Of a stretch of 64,000 nucleotides of DNA, positions 27,116 to 36,217 are shown in pieces (within the stretch, counting starts at the first letter, position 1; each line of letters opens with the position of its first letter). The notes beneath the pieces were generated by a model, which had not been told where the DNA came from, made no database searches, and was given only the letters and a program-made list of their open reading frames with translations. The translations under genes were made by a program, and so were the position numbers. This stretch comes from a bacterium. Lineage in GTDB: Bacteria; Zhuqueibacterota; Zhuqueibacteria; Residuimicrobiales; Oceaniaggregativiventaceae. The stretch is taken from positions 107,595 through 171,594 of the forward strand of contig JAKQNP010000046.1 of NCBI GenBank assembly GCA_029565675.1, given 5' to 3'.

Positions 27116-30100
27116 ATGCAGACAGGCGGATTTCCAAAAATCATTTCTTTTCTCTTGCTTTTGCTCGCCTTTGATCCCGGCGCGGCTCAACAAACGCTTC
27201 TTGTGAAATTGAAACAAAAACCGATTACTCTGCAAAAGCAAAACAGCCAGTCCACCGGGATTGCACAAATCGATTTTTACCTCGAGTCTCTTTCAGTGAT
27301 CCGCCTGCAGGCAATTCACTCAACTCTGTCATCACAAACCCTTGCCCAGGCAGATGCCCATGCAGTCGATCGCTGGATCGCCGTCGTCCTGCCCGATACG
27401 GTTGATTTGATGGCCGTTTTATCGCGGTTGCGATCCCTTCCACAAGTGGAAATTGCCGCCGTCAACCGAACGTTCCGCCTGCACAGCCTCACCAATGATC
27501 CTTATCTCTCTTCACAATGGGCTTTGGCCAAAATCGGAGCTTTCGCCGCCTGGGAGGTCCAGCAAGGCAATAAAGATATCCCTGTTGCGGTAATCGACAC
27601 AGGAATTGATTATCTGCATCCGGATTTGTCCGGCACCATGTGGCTCAATGAGCAAGAAGACCTGAACGGCAACGGCCGCCTCGATGCGGAGGATCTCAAT
27701 GGCATCGACGATGACCAAAATGGTTTTATCGACGATGTGTTGGGATGGGATTTTACCGATGCACCCGGTTATCCGGATACCGGCGATTATCTCGGTCGCG
27801 ATAATGATCCAATGGACGAACTCGGACATGGGACTGGCGTCGCCGGGATTATCGCTGCAGTTGCCGACAACGGCATCGGCATCGCCGGAGCGGCGCCAGG
27901 CTGTCGGCTGATGAATCTCCGCAGTTTCACCGCGCGCGGCTTGGGCGAGGAGGATGATACCGCAGCTGCAGTCCTTTATGCGGTGGATAACGGCGCCCGG
28001 GTGATCAATATGAGCTGGGGAGATGAAGTTGTTACGCCGCTGCTGGAGGATGTGTTGAACTATGCGGCAGCAAAAAATGTCGTGTTGGTCGCTTCAGCAG
28101 GAAATTCAGCCACAGACCGCATCCATTATCCCTCTGCCTTTGCATCAACCATCTCCGTCGGCGCTTCAACCCGCACGGATAACCGTGCCGGCTTTTCCAA
28201 TTTTGGTCCGACAATTGATTTGCTCGCTCCGGGGGCTGAAATTCTTTCCACTGGCCTTGCAGCTTCCTACGACTCGACTTTGAATGGCACTTCTTTTGCC
28301 GCCCCATTTGTTTCAGCAGCCGCTGCTCTGTTGCTGTCGCAGGATGCGGACCTCAATGCCCAGGCTGTGCGCGGCATTCTGCAATCCACGGCTGATGACC
28401 TCGGAACAAAAGGCTGGGATCCCTATTTTGGCGCCGGACGGCTGAATGTTGCCCGCGCCCTCGGCGTGGCCAACGCCGCTATCGCTCAAATCAACTGGCC
28501 CGAGATTGACAGCGGCTGGATAGAGGGCCCTTTGGACATTGTTGGTTCCGCTTGGAGTCCAAATCTCGACACTTACACACTGTCCTATGGCGCCGGCGAC
28601 AATCCGACCTCCTGGACCGACATTGTGCCGCCACAGCGCACGATGGTGATCGATGGAATACTGGGGCGTTGGGAAAAATTGCCCTCAGAGGAGGGATCCT
28701 ATCTGCTCCGCCTGGCACTTTACAACCGCGATGGTTCTGAAGTGCAGTCGAGCGTGCGCATCTACATCGATCGAACACCACCCATTGTGAAAAATATCGA
28801 TTTTTTGCCCATGATCGACGGTAATCGCCGTTCGATGCTCATCCAGGTGCAGACAGATGACCTGTGCGAAGGTGTTCTTTTATACCGCCCGGCCGGCAGC
28901 GATCTGCCTTTTCAAGAGAGAAGGTTGCCCTATCGATCAACCGATCTGAGTTTTAACTGGTCGCAGACCGAAATAACCGGCAGTTTTGATGTCAAATTGC
29001 GCCTGGTCAATCGAGTCGGGCTGGCAACTGAAGCAGACCGCGACGGGCAGCTCTATGCCATCGATCTCGACCAGCCACCGATCGATGTGGTTCGCTATAC
29101 CGCCAACCCCTGGCGTTTTCCGTTTTCCTATCTCGCAAATCGGGCGGTCGATTTCGACAACAACGGATTCCCGGAAATCGTGGCCAACACCTACCTCGAC
29201 GGCGCTTTCGATGCGCTGCGGTTTTATGAATTCAATGGTGTCGATGTTTTGCTCAAATCAGTGATCCCAACCAAATTGATTCCCCGCGATCTGCGGCTCG
29301 ACGACCGTGGACGAGGAGCTCTGCTGGCCGGTTATGGATTCGACAGTTTTCTCTATTCTGCGGTCGCCGACGGACAATTGCCTCTGCAAGTGAATCTTCA
29401 CTGGCCAGCCTCTGATGCACAGAATTTTTTGGCCAGCAGATTCATCGATGTCGATAACGACGGCCAGGACGAGTTTCTGATGCGGCTGGTTGAACCGGGT
29501 TCGACTGCCGACAGTGACCGCTTTGTCCTGCTTCGCGCCGAGCAAGCCAATCCGGCTCAAGTTATTTTTGAACTGACAAATCCAACCAGCGGTGAAAATT
29601 ACAACGGCATTCCACATGCCGAGATCGCAGATTTTGATGGCGATGGAAAGCGCGAAATTCTGCTCGGCGACAGCGATGGTGATATTTATATTTTTGAACA
29701 ACAATCGATCCATCAATTTGTCCCCACCTGGTCAGAACGGTTGCCGCTCAGCGATGCCATCGATTTTCTCGCCAGCGGTGATTTCGATGGGGACGGCAAC
29801 ATCGATTTTATCGCCGGTTGCCATTCCGAGGATGGCGAATTCAATTCTGAACACGATTACGATGCACGCCATTGGCTCTTTCGCATCTACAGTGCTGTGG
29901 GCGACAACGACTATGCACCCGTGGATGAATGGCGATTTATGGGCTATGAATCGACCCGCGATTTCCTCAGCGGCGTCTCCTGCGGTGATATCGACGGCGA
30001 CGGGATAGAGGAAATACTGCTCGCCGTTTTTCCAGATTTCTATGTGATCGACTGGAATGCGTCAACGGGCTATGAAATCGTTTTTCACCACACCCCGATC

Positions 30101-31360
30101 CAATCCAACGGCGCTCTGGTAACCGATGTAAACCAGGATGGAATTGCCGAGTTTTGGGTGAGCAACGGTGAATCAACCTTTTCTTTCAGCGCTGTCGGCA
30201 GTCAATCCGCCCCGGCAGCACCGGTGGGACTGACCGCCAGACCTACTGGTCCCGATAGGGTAGAGCTGCGTTGGTACGACGTCCCCGGAGCGGTTGAATA
30301 CCGAATCTATCGCGGTTCGGAATCCGAGCCGCTGCATTTTTATCGCGCCAGCACGGTATCCACCTGGCTCGACACAACCGTACTGGCGGATCGGCTCTAC
30401 CACTACGCTGTTCAGACCGTCGATCCACTGCGTCAACCGGTTACCAGTTTGCTCTCGGACTTGGTGTTTGCGCGTCCGGGTGCGCGTCCGGTTTTGTTGT
30501 CTGCGCAGATGGAAACCAGTCATCAGGTTCGTCTGATCTTCAGTGAACCTTTAAACGAAAAAGCCGCCTATCCCGACCAGTACCGGATCGAACCGGAATT
30601 GGGGCCGTTCTCGTCCGCTGCACAAACGGCGTCCGGCGCTCATGTTATTTTGACCACCAGGGATGCGATCAGCGCTGGTCAACTCTATACCGTATCGGTT
30701 GCCGGGCTCGAAGACCTCGATGGCACACCCCTGGATGAGAGCCAATCTGTTGCAGAATTTTATGGGATGGAAAGCCTTTTTCCGCCCTATCTCGTCAGCG
30801 GCGAACGGATTGCGGCTGATCGGATTGAGTTGATCTTTAGTGTCGATATGGATATTGCCACTCTGTTGGACACTCGCAATTATGATATGGGGACAGAAAT
30901 CGGAATTAAAACTGCGGTTGCGATCGACGGTAAAATCGATCGTGTTCGGTTGACCCTAAATGCCCCTTCGGGTTTCGGCGCTTTTGGCAAAACCTATTTT
31001 GTTCGAGTTTTCAATGTAAAAAGCGCGCATGGCATCGAAATTCAGGCGGGGCGCGGCGATTATCTCAGCCTGATCTTTGCCCGGACCGATTTGGCAGATG
31101 TTTTCACTTATCCCAATCCTTATCGCGCCGGCATCGACGGCCAAAATATTGTATTTGCAAATTTGACCCGCGAAGCCGAAATTACAGTGTTTACCCTTGA
31201 TGGGCGGCCGATATGCCAATTGTTTGAAGAAGACGGCGATGGCGGTGTCGAATGGGACGTCTGCAACGAGCAGGGTGACGCAGTGGCCACGGGCATCTAC
31301 CTCTATCAGGTGCGCTCGGGCGACCAGAGAAAAATGGGCAAATTGGCGATAGTGCGCTGA
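27116..31360 (+). CDS. Secreted S8 subtilisin-like serine protease fused to FG-GAP repeats, a fibronectin-III domain and a T9SS C-terminal sorting domain
   Basis: The catalytic triad contexts are VAVIDTGID, HGTGVAGIIAA and GTSFAAPFVSAAAALL. About six FG-GAP Ca-binding loops are present (DFDGDGKREILLG and others). The FN3-like segment is APVGLTARP...EYRIYRG. The tail is YPNPYRAG...ITVFTLDGRP...GIYLYQV. A signal peptide is present. Confidence 0.85.
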   Translation: MQTGGFPKIISFLLLLLAFDPGAAQQTLLVKLKQKPITLQKQNSQSTGIAQIDFYLESLSVIRLQAIHSTLSSQTLAQADAHAVDRWIAVVLPDTVDLMAVLSRLRSLPQVEIAAVNRTFRLHSLTNDPYLSSQWALAKIGAFAAWEVQQGNKDIPVAVIDTGIDYLHPDLSGTMWLNEQEDLNGNGRLDAEDLNGIDDDQNGFIDDVLGWDFTDAPGYPDTGDYLGRDNDPMDELGHGTGVAGIIAAVADNGIGIAGAAPGCRLMNLRSFTARGLGEEDDTAAAVLYAVDNGARVINMSWGDEVVTPLLEDVLNYAAAKNVVLVASAGNSATDRIHYPSAFASTISVGASTRTDNRAGFSNFGPTIDLLAPGAEILSTGLAASYDSTLNGTSFAAPFVSAAAALLLSQDADLNAQAVRGILQSTADDLGTKGWDPYFGAGRLNVARALGVANAAIAQINWPEIDSGWIEGPLDIVGSAWSPNLDTYTLSYGAGDNPTSWTDIVPPQRTMVIDGILGRWEKLPSEEGSYLLRLALYNRDGSEVQSSVRIYIDRTPPIVKNIDFLPMIDGNRRSMLIQVQTDDLCEGVLLYRPAGSDLPFQERRLPYRSTDLSFNWSQTEITGSFDVKLRLVNRVGLATEADRDGQLYAIDLDQPPIDVVRYTANPWRFPFSYLANRAVDFDNNGFPEIVANTYLDGAFDALRFYEFNGVDVLLKSVIPTKLIPRDLRLDDRGRGALLAGYGFDSFLYSAVADGQLPLQVNLHWPASDAQNFLASRFIDVDNDGQDEFLMRLVEPGSTADSDRFVLLRAEQANPAQVIFELTNPTSGENYNGIPHAEIADFDGDGKREILLGDSDGDIYIFEQQSIHQFVPTWSERLPLSDAIDFLASGDFDGDGNIDFIAGCHSEDGEFNSEHDYDARHWLFRIYSAVGDNDYAPVDEWRFMGYESTRDFLSGVSCGDIDGDGIEEILLAVFPDFYVIDWNASTGYEIVFHHTPIQSNGALVTDVNQDGIAEFWVSNGESTFSFSAVGSQSAPAAPVGLTARPTGPDRVELRWYDVPGAVEYRIYRGSESEPLHFYRASTVSTWLDTTVLADRLYHYAVQTVDPLRQPVTSLLSDLVFARPGARPVLLSAQMETSHQVRLIFSEPLNEKAAYPDQYRIEPELGPFSSAAQTASGAHVILTTRDAISAGQLYTVSVAGLEDLDGTPLDESQSVAEFYGMESLFPPYLVSGERIAADRIELIFSVDMDIATLLDTRNYDMGTEIGIKTAVAIDGKIDRVRLTLNAPSGFGAFGKTYFVRVFNVKSAHGIEIQAGRGDYLSLIFARTDLADVFTYPNPYRAGIDGQNIVFANLTREAEITVFTLDGRPICQLFEEDGDGGVEWDVCNEQGDAVATGIYLYQVRSGDQRKMGKLAIVR

Positions 31361-31369
31361 GGCGATGAA

Positions 31370-32005
31370 ATGGCAAAGCGGGTCATCGGATTGACCGGTT
31401 CATTCGGCAGCGGAAAAACCGCAGTGGCGCACCTGCTGCAGGAAAAAGGGGCATTGGTCATCGATGTCGACGAGGCCGGCCGTTGGGCTGTGGATGCCAA
31501 TGCATCCGTACAAGAAACGCTGCGCCTGACTTTCGGCGATGTTTATTTTCCCGACCACCGCCTCGATCGACGGCGGTTGGGAAAGTTGGTTTTTGCTGAC
31601 GATGATGCCCGCAAGCGGCTCAATGCCATTGTGCATCCGGTCATGATCCTGCGAGTCGAAGAATTGTTGCAGCAGGCACAGTTGGCAAAAAATCCCTGGC
31701 CGTATATTGTTGTCGATGCCGCTCTGCTCTTTGAATTGCAGCTCAACCGTCTTTGTGATTGGGTGGTAACCGTGAGTGCCCCCGAGTCGATCCGAATCCG
31801 CCGCGCCCGCCGCCGCGATCGCATCAGCCAGCAGGATGCCATGGATCGAATCCATGCACAAATGGCAGAGCATGATAAAATTCGGCTGGCGGATTATGTG
31901 TTGGATAATTCCGATTCATTGCGCACATTATCGGGTCGCGTAGAAACACTGCACCGCTGGATTCTAAAAAAAGTCGCTGAACTGAACGCGACGGGAAGCG
32001 TCTGA
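31370..32005 (+). CDS. coaE: Dephospho-CoA kinase
   Basis: GLTGSFGSGKT P-loop; length 211 aa. Confidence 0.9.
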   Translation: MAKRVIGLTGSFGSGKTAVAHLLQEKGALVIDVDEAGRWAVDANASVQETLRLTFGDVYFPDHRLDRRRLGKLVFADDDARKRLNAIVHPVMILRVEELLQQAQLAKNPWPYIVVDAALLFELQLNRLCDWVVTVSAPESIRIRRARRRDRISQQDAMDRIHAQMAEHDKIRLADYVLDNSDSLRTLSGRVETLHRWILKKVAELNATGSV

Positions 32006-32035
32006 CACCACCTGGTTAAAATGGGGTTGGTGTAA

Positions 32036-34441
32036 ATGGTGCATAAATTTCCGGCAGTTTTTCTGTTTCTGGCGATACTTCTCGGCGCTCTCGCCGCGGG
32101 CACACTGGAGATTGCGGCAAGCCGGCTGCTCGCCGCAACCTGGCTTCTATGGGCAGGCACTGTTCTTTGTTATTTGCGCGATCGCCGACATTTGTTTATG
32201 GCCCTCGGCGCGGTGACGGCTTTTTGCTGTGGACTGACGATCACTGCTCTGCGATTGCATGAAAACCGCGGCAATGCAGTAGAGCAATTCGCTGAGCAAT
32301 CGGAACCCGTTGCTGTGGAAGGAACGATCGCCAGCAGCATCGATCATCGGCCCCAGGGTTGTGCATTTGTTCTGCAGGCTGACTCGCTCTTTTTTTACGA
32401 TCATGCTCCGCTGGCCGTCAACGGCAGGATTTGGGTGCGTGTTTTGCAGAGCAGTGAACCATTGCGCTATGGCGACCGCATCGTGATGCGCGGTACTCTG
32501 CAATTGCCCTCTGCAGCGCGCAATCCGGGCGAGTTCGATTATCGCGACCATCTGGCCAAACAGCGCATCACTGCAACCATGCGGATCAGCGAACCGTTTT
32601 TAATCGCCCGCTTGCAGGGCTGGCAGGGCAGTGGATTGCAGCGCAAAATCATCGATCCGGCCCGGCTCTCCATACGCAACACTTTGGCCAGAACTCTGCA
32701 AGGCCATGAAGCTGCGTTGGTCAACGGATTGTTGCTGGGCAGCCGCGGCGAAATCGATCCCGAAATCAAAGAGGCCTTCAGTAATGTCGGAGTGATACAC
32801 GTTTTGGCGGTATCCGGTCTGCATGTGGCCTTTTTTGCGGGTGCGCTGTTGGTCGGTTTGTCGCTGTTGCGCGTTCCGTATGGCGCGCGCATGATCTTGG
32901 TGCTGGCTGGACTATTTTTCTATTGCCAGCTGACCGGTGCTCATCCTCCGGTTGTGCGCGCTTCGATCATGTTGGGCATTTTGATCGGTGGATATTTCTT
33001 CCAGCGCCATTCCAACCCGATCAATTCCCTGGCGGTTGCCGCAGTGGTGGTCTGGTGGTACAATCCGCTCGAACTGTTTACCGCCAGTTTTCAGCTCAGT
33101 TTTGTCGCGGTCATTGGCATTCTGGTGCTTTACCGGCCAATGCAGCGGGTCATCAACCGGTTGAAATGGCAAAATCGCGGAGGGATGTTCTCGCTGGCGC
33201 ACCAGGTGCTCGGTTTGCTGGCCGTTTCTTTGGCTGCTCAACTGGCAACCGCTCCGTTGATCGCGCTCTATTTTAATCGCATTCCGCTGTTGGCGCTGCC
33301 GATCAATTGTCTGGTGGTGCCATTGACCGGTGTGACAGTTGCGCTCGGCTATCTCGCAGCGGCTGTCAGTCCGTTATCGCTTTTTGTCGGTGATTGTTAT
33401 GCCGAAGCTGCGCGCCTGACGGCAGGCGCCATGATTGAAATTGTGCAATGGGCAAATCGATTGCCCTTGGCTTATACGACTCTGGCTACACCCAGCACCT
33501 GGCTGCTGTTCACCTATGCTCTGGCTTTGTTGGCGATCTTTTCGTATCCCAACCGCCAGTGGCGCGGAAAAACCTTGATCGCCAATCTGATCGTCTGGAA
33601 CCTGATCGTTTGGCGGTCGCTCTGGGGCGATCCGAGTTGCCCTTTGGTTTCTTTTCTCGATGTCGGGCAGGGCGATGCCATCGTTCTGCAGACTGCCGAT
33701 CGCCAGGCCGTCCTGATCGATGCAGGCGATTGTACAGAAAATTGGGACAGCGGCCGACAGACAATCGTGCCCTTTCTCGTGCGAAACGGCATTCGACGTT
33801 TGCATACGGTGATCATCACTCATCCGCATGCCGATCATATCGGCGGTTTGCCGTATCTGTTGCAGACTATGCGCATCGATCGGTTGATTTACAATCGCCT
33901 CGATCTCGATTTGCCGTTCTGCAGCACCATCGACAGCCTGGTCAATGCCTGGGGCGTACCGGTCCAATCGGTCGTCGCCGGAGATACCCTGCGCGGCCCG
34001 GATCCGCTGATCGTTTGGGTTTTAAATCCGACCGCGCGCGATCTGCAACTGGCCAGGCAGAACCCGGCGCGAGTCAATGACGCCAGCATTGTCGTGCGCG
34101 TCATGACCGGGCGCGCCTCCATGTTGCTGCTCGGCGACGCCGAAGAGCCGAGCGAACAGCGCTTGTTGCGCTTCGGCCCGCTGATCAATTGCCAGCTGGT
34201 CAAGGTGGGGCACCATGGCAGCCCGACCGCCAGTTCTGCCGATTTTGTCGCTGCCGCCGCTCCAGAGTTCGCGGTCGTTTCAGTCGGCAAAAACAATCGA
34301 TTCGGTTTACCGTCACCGCAAGCGCTGCACACCTGGCGCAGCACAGGTGCCCAGGTTTATTGTACCGATATCTGCGGTTGCCTGCAGTTTGCAGCCGACG
34401 GCGACGAATGGCGATCCATAAAATGGCGAAAGTCCATATGA
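32036..34441 (+). CDS. comEC: DNA internalization competence protein ComEC/Rec2 with a C-terminal metallo-beta-lactamase domain
   Basis: It has a polytopic competence domain (VIHVLAVSGLHVAF) and a C-terminal MBL domain (VSFLDVGQGDAIV...ITHPHADHIGG). Confidence 0.9.
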   Translation: MVHKFPAVFLFLAILLGALAAGTLEIAASRLLAATWLLWAGTVLCYLRDRRHLFMALGAVTAFCCGLTITALRLHENRGNAVEQFAEQSEPVAVEGTIASSIDHRPQGCAFVLQADSLFFYDHAPLAVNGRIWVRVLQSSEPLRYGDRIVMRGTLQLPSAARNPGEFDYRDHLAKQRITATMRISEPFLIARLQGWQGSGLQRKIIDPARLSIRNTLARTLQGHEAALVNGLLLGSRGEIDPEIKEAFSNVGVIHVLAVSGLHVAFFAGALLVGLSLLRVPYGARMILVLAGLFFYCQLTGAHPPVVRASIMLGILIGGYFFQRHSNPINSLAVAAVVVWWYNPLELFTASFQLSFVAVIGILVLYRPMQRVINRLKWQNRGGMFSLAHQVLGLLAVSLAAQLATAPLIALYFNRIPLLALPINCLVVPLTGVTVALGYLAAAVSPLSLFVGDCYAEAARLTAGAMIEIVQWANRLPLAYTTLATPSTWLLFTYALALLAIFSYPNRQWRGKTLIANLIVWNLIVWRSLWGDPSCPLVSFLDVGQGDAIVLQTADRQAVLIDAGDCTENWDSGRQTIVPFLVRNGIRRLHTVIITHPHADHIGGLPYLLQTMRIDRLIYNRLDLDLPFCSTIDSLVNAWGVPVQSVVAGDTLRGPDPLIVWVLNPTARDLQLARQNPARVNDASIVVRVMTGRASMLLLGDAEEPSEQRLLRFGPLINCQLVKVGHHGSPTASSADFVAAAAPEFAVVSVGKNNRFGLPSPQALHTWRSTGAQVYCTDICGCLQFAADGDEWRSIKWRKSI

Positions 34442-34445
34442 GCAG

Positions 34446-36170
34446 ATGACAACCATCAATGAAAAAAATTTGACGCCTCTGGCACACGGGTCACTCTGGA
34501 CCATTTATCAAGCCGAGTCACCGGAAACCGGCGAACGCCTTTGGTTTCGCGTGCTGAAACAAAACTTGAGCAATGATCAGGTCATGGTCGATGCTTTTTT
34601 CCGTTCGTGCGAGCTCTCGCGGACCATTGCGCATCCCAATTCACTGACCCTGCGCGAGTATGGAAGCATTCAATCTACCCACTATGCGGTTTATTCGGCG
34701 TTTGATGGCATCGATTTCGAAACCTGGCTGCAAAAAACCAAAAAACTTTTGCTCGAACGCGCCCTGCAAATCATGCGACAAATCGCCGATGTCAGTTATC
34801 GCTATTCCCTCGCCGGCATCCCGCATGGTGCATTGACCGCGAAAAGCATTTTTATCAATTCCGATAGCCAGGTAAAAGTCGTTGATTTTGGTTCCACTGA
34901 ACTGATCCGCCATGCCGTGCACAATTATTCACAAATGCTGTTGCCCTTGTGGCCCTATTGCGCGCCTGAATTGTTGACTGGCGAGTACAGTCCGACAAAT
35001 CGGAGTGAATTATATGCGGTCGGCGTGGTCTATAAACTGCTGTTGACTGGCGCGTTGCCTTTTGCCGGCGGCAATCTCGAGACAATTCTGGAAAAGAAAC
35101 AGAATCCCATTCCTTCTGCCCGGAGCGGTAAAAATGTGCAGCATGGCTGGGAACGCTTGATCAACCGGATGCTGCAACCGCAAGAAGAAGACCGATTGGC
35201 TAATTTTTTGGAGTTGCGCACCGAATTGGGAATGTCTGAATCACCCGACCTGACCGATGATGAAGCCGAAAATCATAACGATCAGCATTGGTTCAGTCCG
35301 CTGATAGAGCGGTTTAATGAGCCGATGTGGATCAAACAAGTGGTCGGCAGCAAAAGGCGGATTCTGTTTTTGTTCCTTGCGCTTTTTGTCTTCTTTGCTG
35401 TCATTGTCGGCGGATTGCTTGTCACCGAGATCAATGCACCGCGCGTGGATGAAATGACCATCTATGAAGAATTTGTTTCAAAACTCGACGATGAGCAACT
35501 GCCTGCAACCCCTGTCGGTGAAATGGCAGAAACCGATGCGACTCCGGCACCCAAGACGATGACCACCCGGGAACCTGCCCGCCAACCGAGTTCCACCCCG
35601 CGGGATGGAAGAATTGCTGCCCCTGCAGAACCGCTGGCCAACAGACAGGCAAACCAACCGCCATCGTCGGTTCCTCAATCCAGTGAGGCGATAAAACAAT
35701 CCGGATCTGTGCTGGTCAAATTCAACGGTACGGTCTATGCCGATCGGATTCGTCTGCCGGGAGAATCAGAACCGCGGACACTGCCGGCAACCGCAGAATT
35801 GGAACCTGGAACCTATCGCGTCGTTTATTTTTCATCGACTGGAACGTTCCGCTGGGAGACACAGATTGCCGTCGGCACAAATTCAGTGTCAGAGATTGCA
35901 TTTCCAGCCGATCAGATCAAATATGGCCAGTTGGATATCAGCGTTGAGAATGCCTTTGATTTTGGCTTTGTTTTTGTTTCCATAAATGCCGGAAAGCCTT
36001 TAACCACGCCGGCCCATGTCGAACTCCCGGTCGGCCACCATCATCTCAAATTTCAACGGCCGGGGTATCTCTGTTTTCCCAGCGATACGGTCATCGCAGT
36101 GCTCTCCGGACAGAGGAACACCATCAGCTGTCGGCTGGAACCGGTTAACGATACCGACGAATCGAACTGA
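34446..36170 (+). CDS. Single-pass membrane protein: cytoplasmic Ser/Thr-kinase-like domain (predicted pseudokinase) plus an extracytoplasmic PEGA domain
   Basis: The kinase fold is recognisable (VKVVDFG, YCAPELL). The catalytic loop is PHGALTAKS instead of HRDLKPEN, so the Asp and Asn are lost. There is no GxGxxG. A TM helix ILFLFLALFVFFAVIVGGLLV is present. The C-terminal PEGA-like segment is NAGKPLTTPAHVELPVGHHHLKFQRPGY. Confidence 0.7.
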   Translation: MTTINEKNLTPLAHGSLWTIYQAESPETGERLWFRVLKQNLSNDQVMVDAFFRSCELSRTIAHPNSLTLREYGSIQSTHYAVYSAFDGIDFETWLQKTKKLLLERALQIMRQIADVSYRYSLAGIPHGALTAKSIFINSDSQVKVVDFGSTELIRHAVHNYSQMLLPLWPYCAPELLTGEYSPTNRSELYAVGVVYKLLLTGALPFAGGNLETILEKKQNPIPSARSGKNVQHGWERLINRMLQPQEEDRLANFLELRTELGMSESPDLTDDEAENHNDQHWFSPLIERFNEPMWIKQVVGSKRRILFLFLALFVFFAVIVGGLLVTEINAPRVDEMTIYEEFVSKLDDEQLPATPVGEMAETDATPAPKTMTTREPARQPSSTPRDGRIAAPAEPLANRQANQPPSSVPQSSEAIKQSGSVLVKFNGTVYADRIRLPGESEPRTLPATAELEPGTYRVVYFSSTGTFRWETQIAVGTNSVSEIAFPADQIKYGQLDISVENAFDFGFVFVSINAGKPLTTPAHVELPVGHHHLKFQRPGYLCFPSDTVIAVLSGQRNTISCRLEPVNDTDESN

Positions 36171-36217
36171 TCGCCCAAACAACCAGCAGCCTGCAGCTGC
36201 CTGGCGAGGAGATTCTT

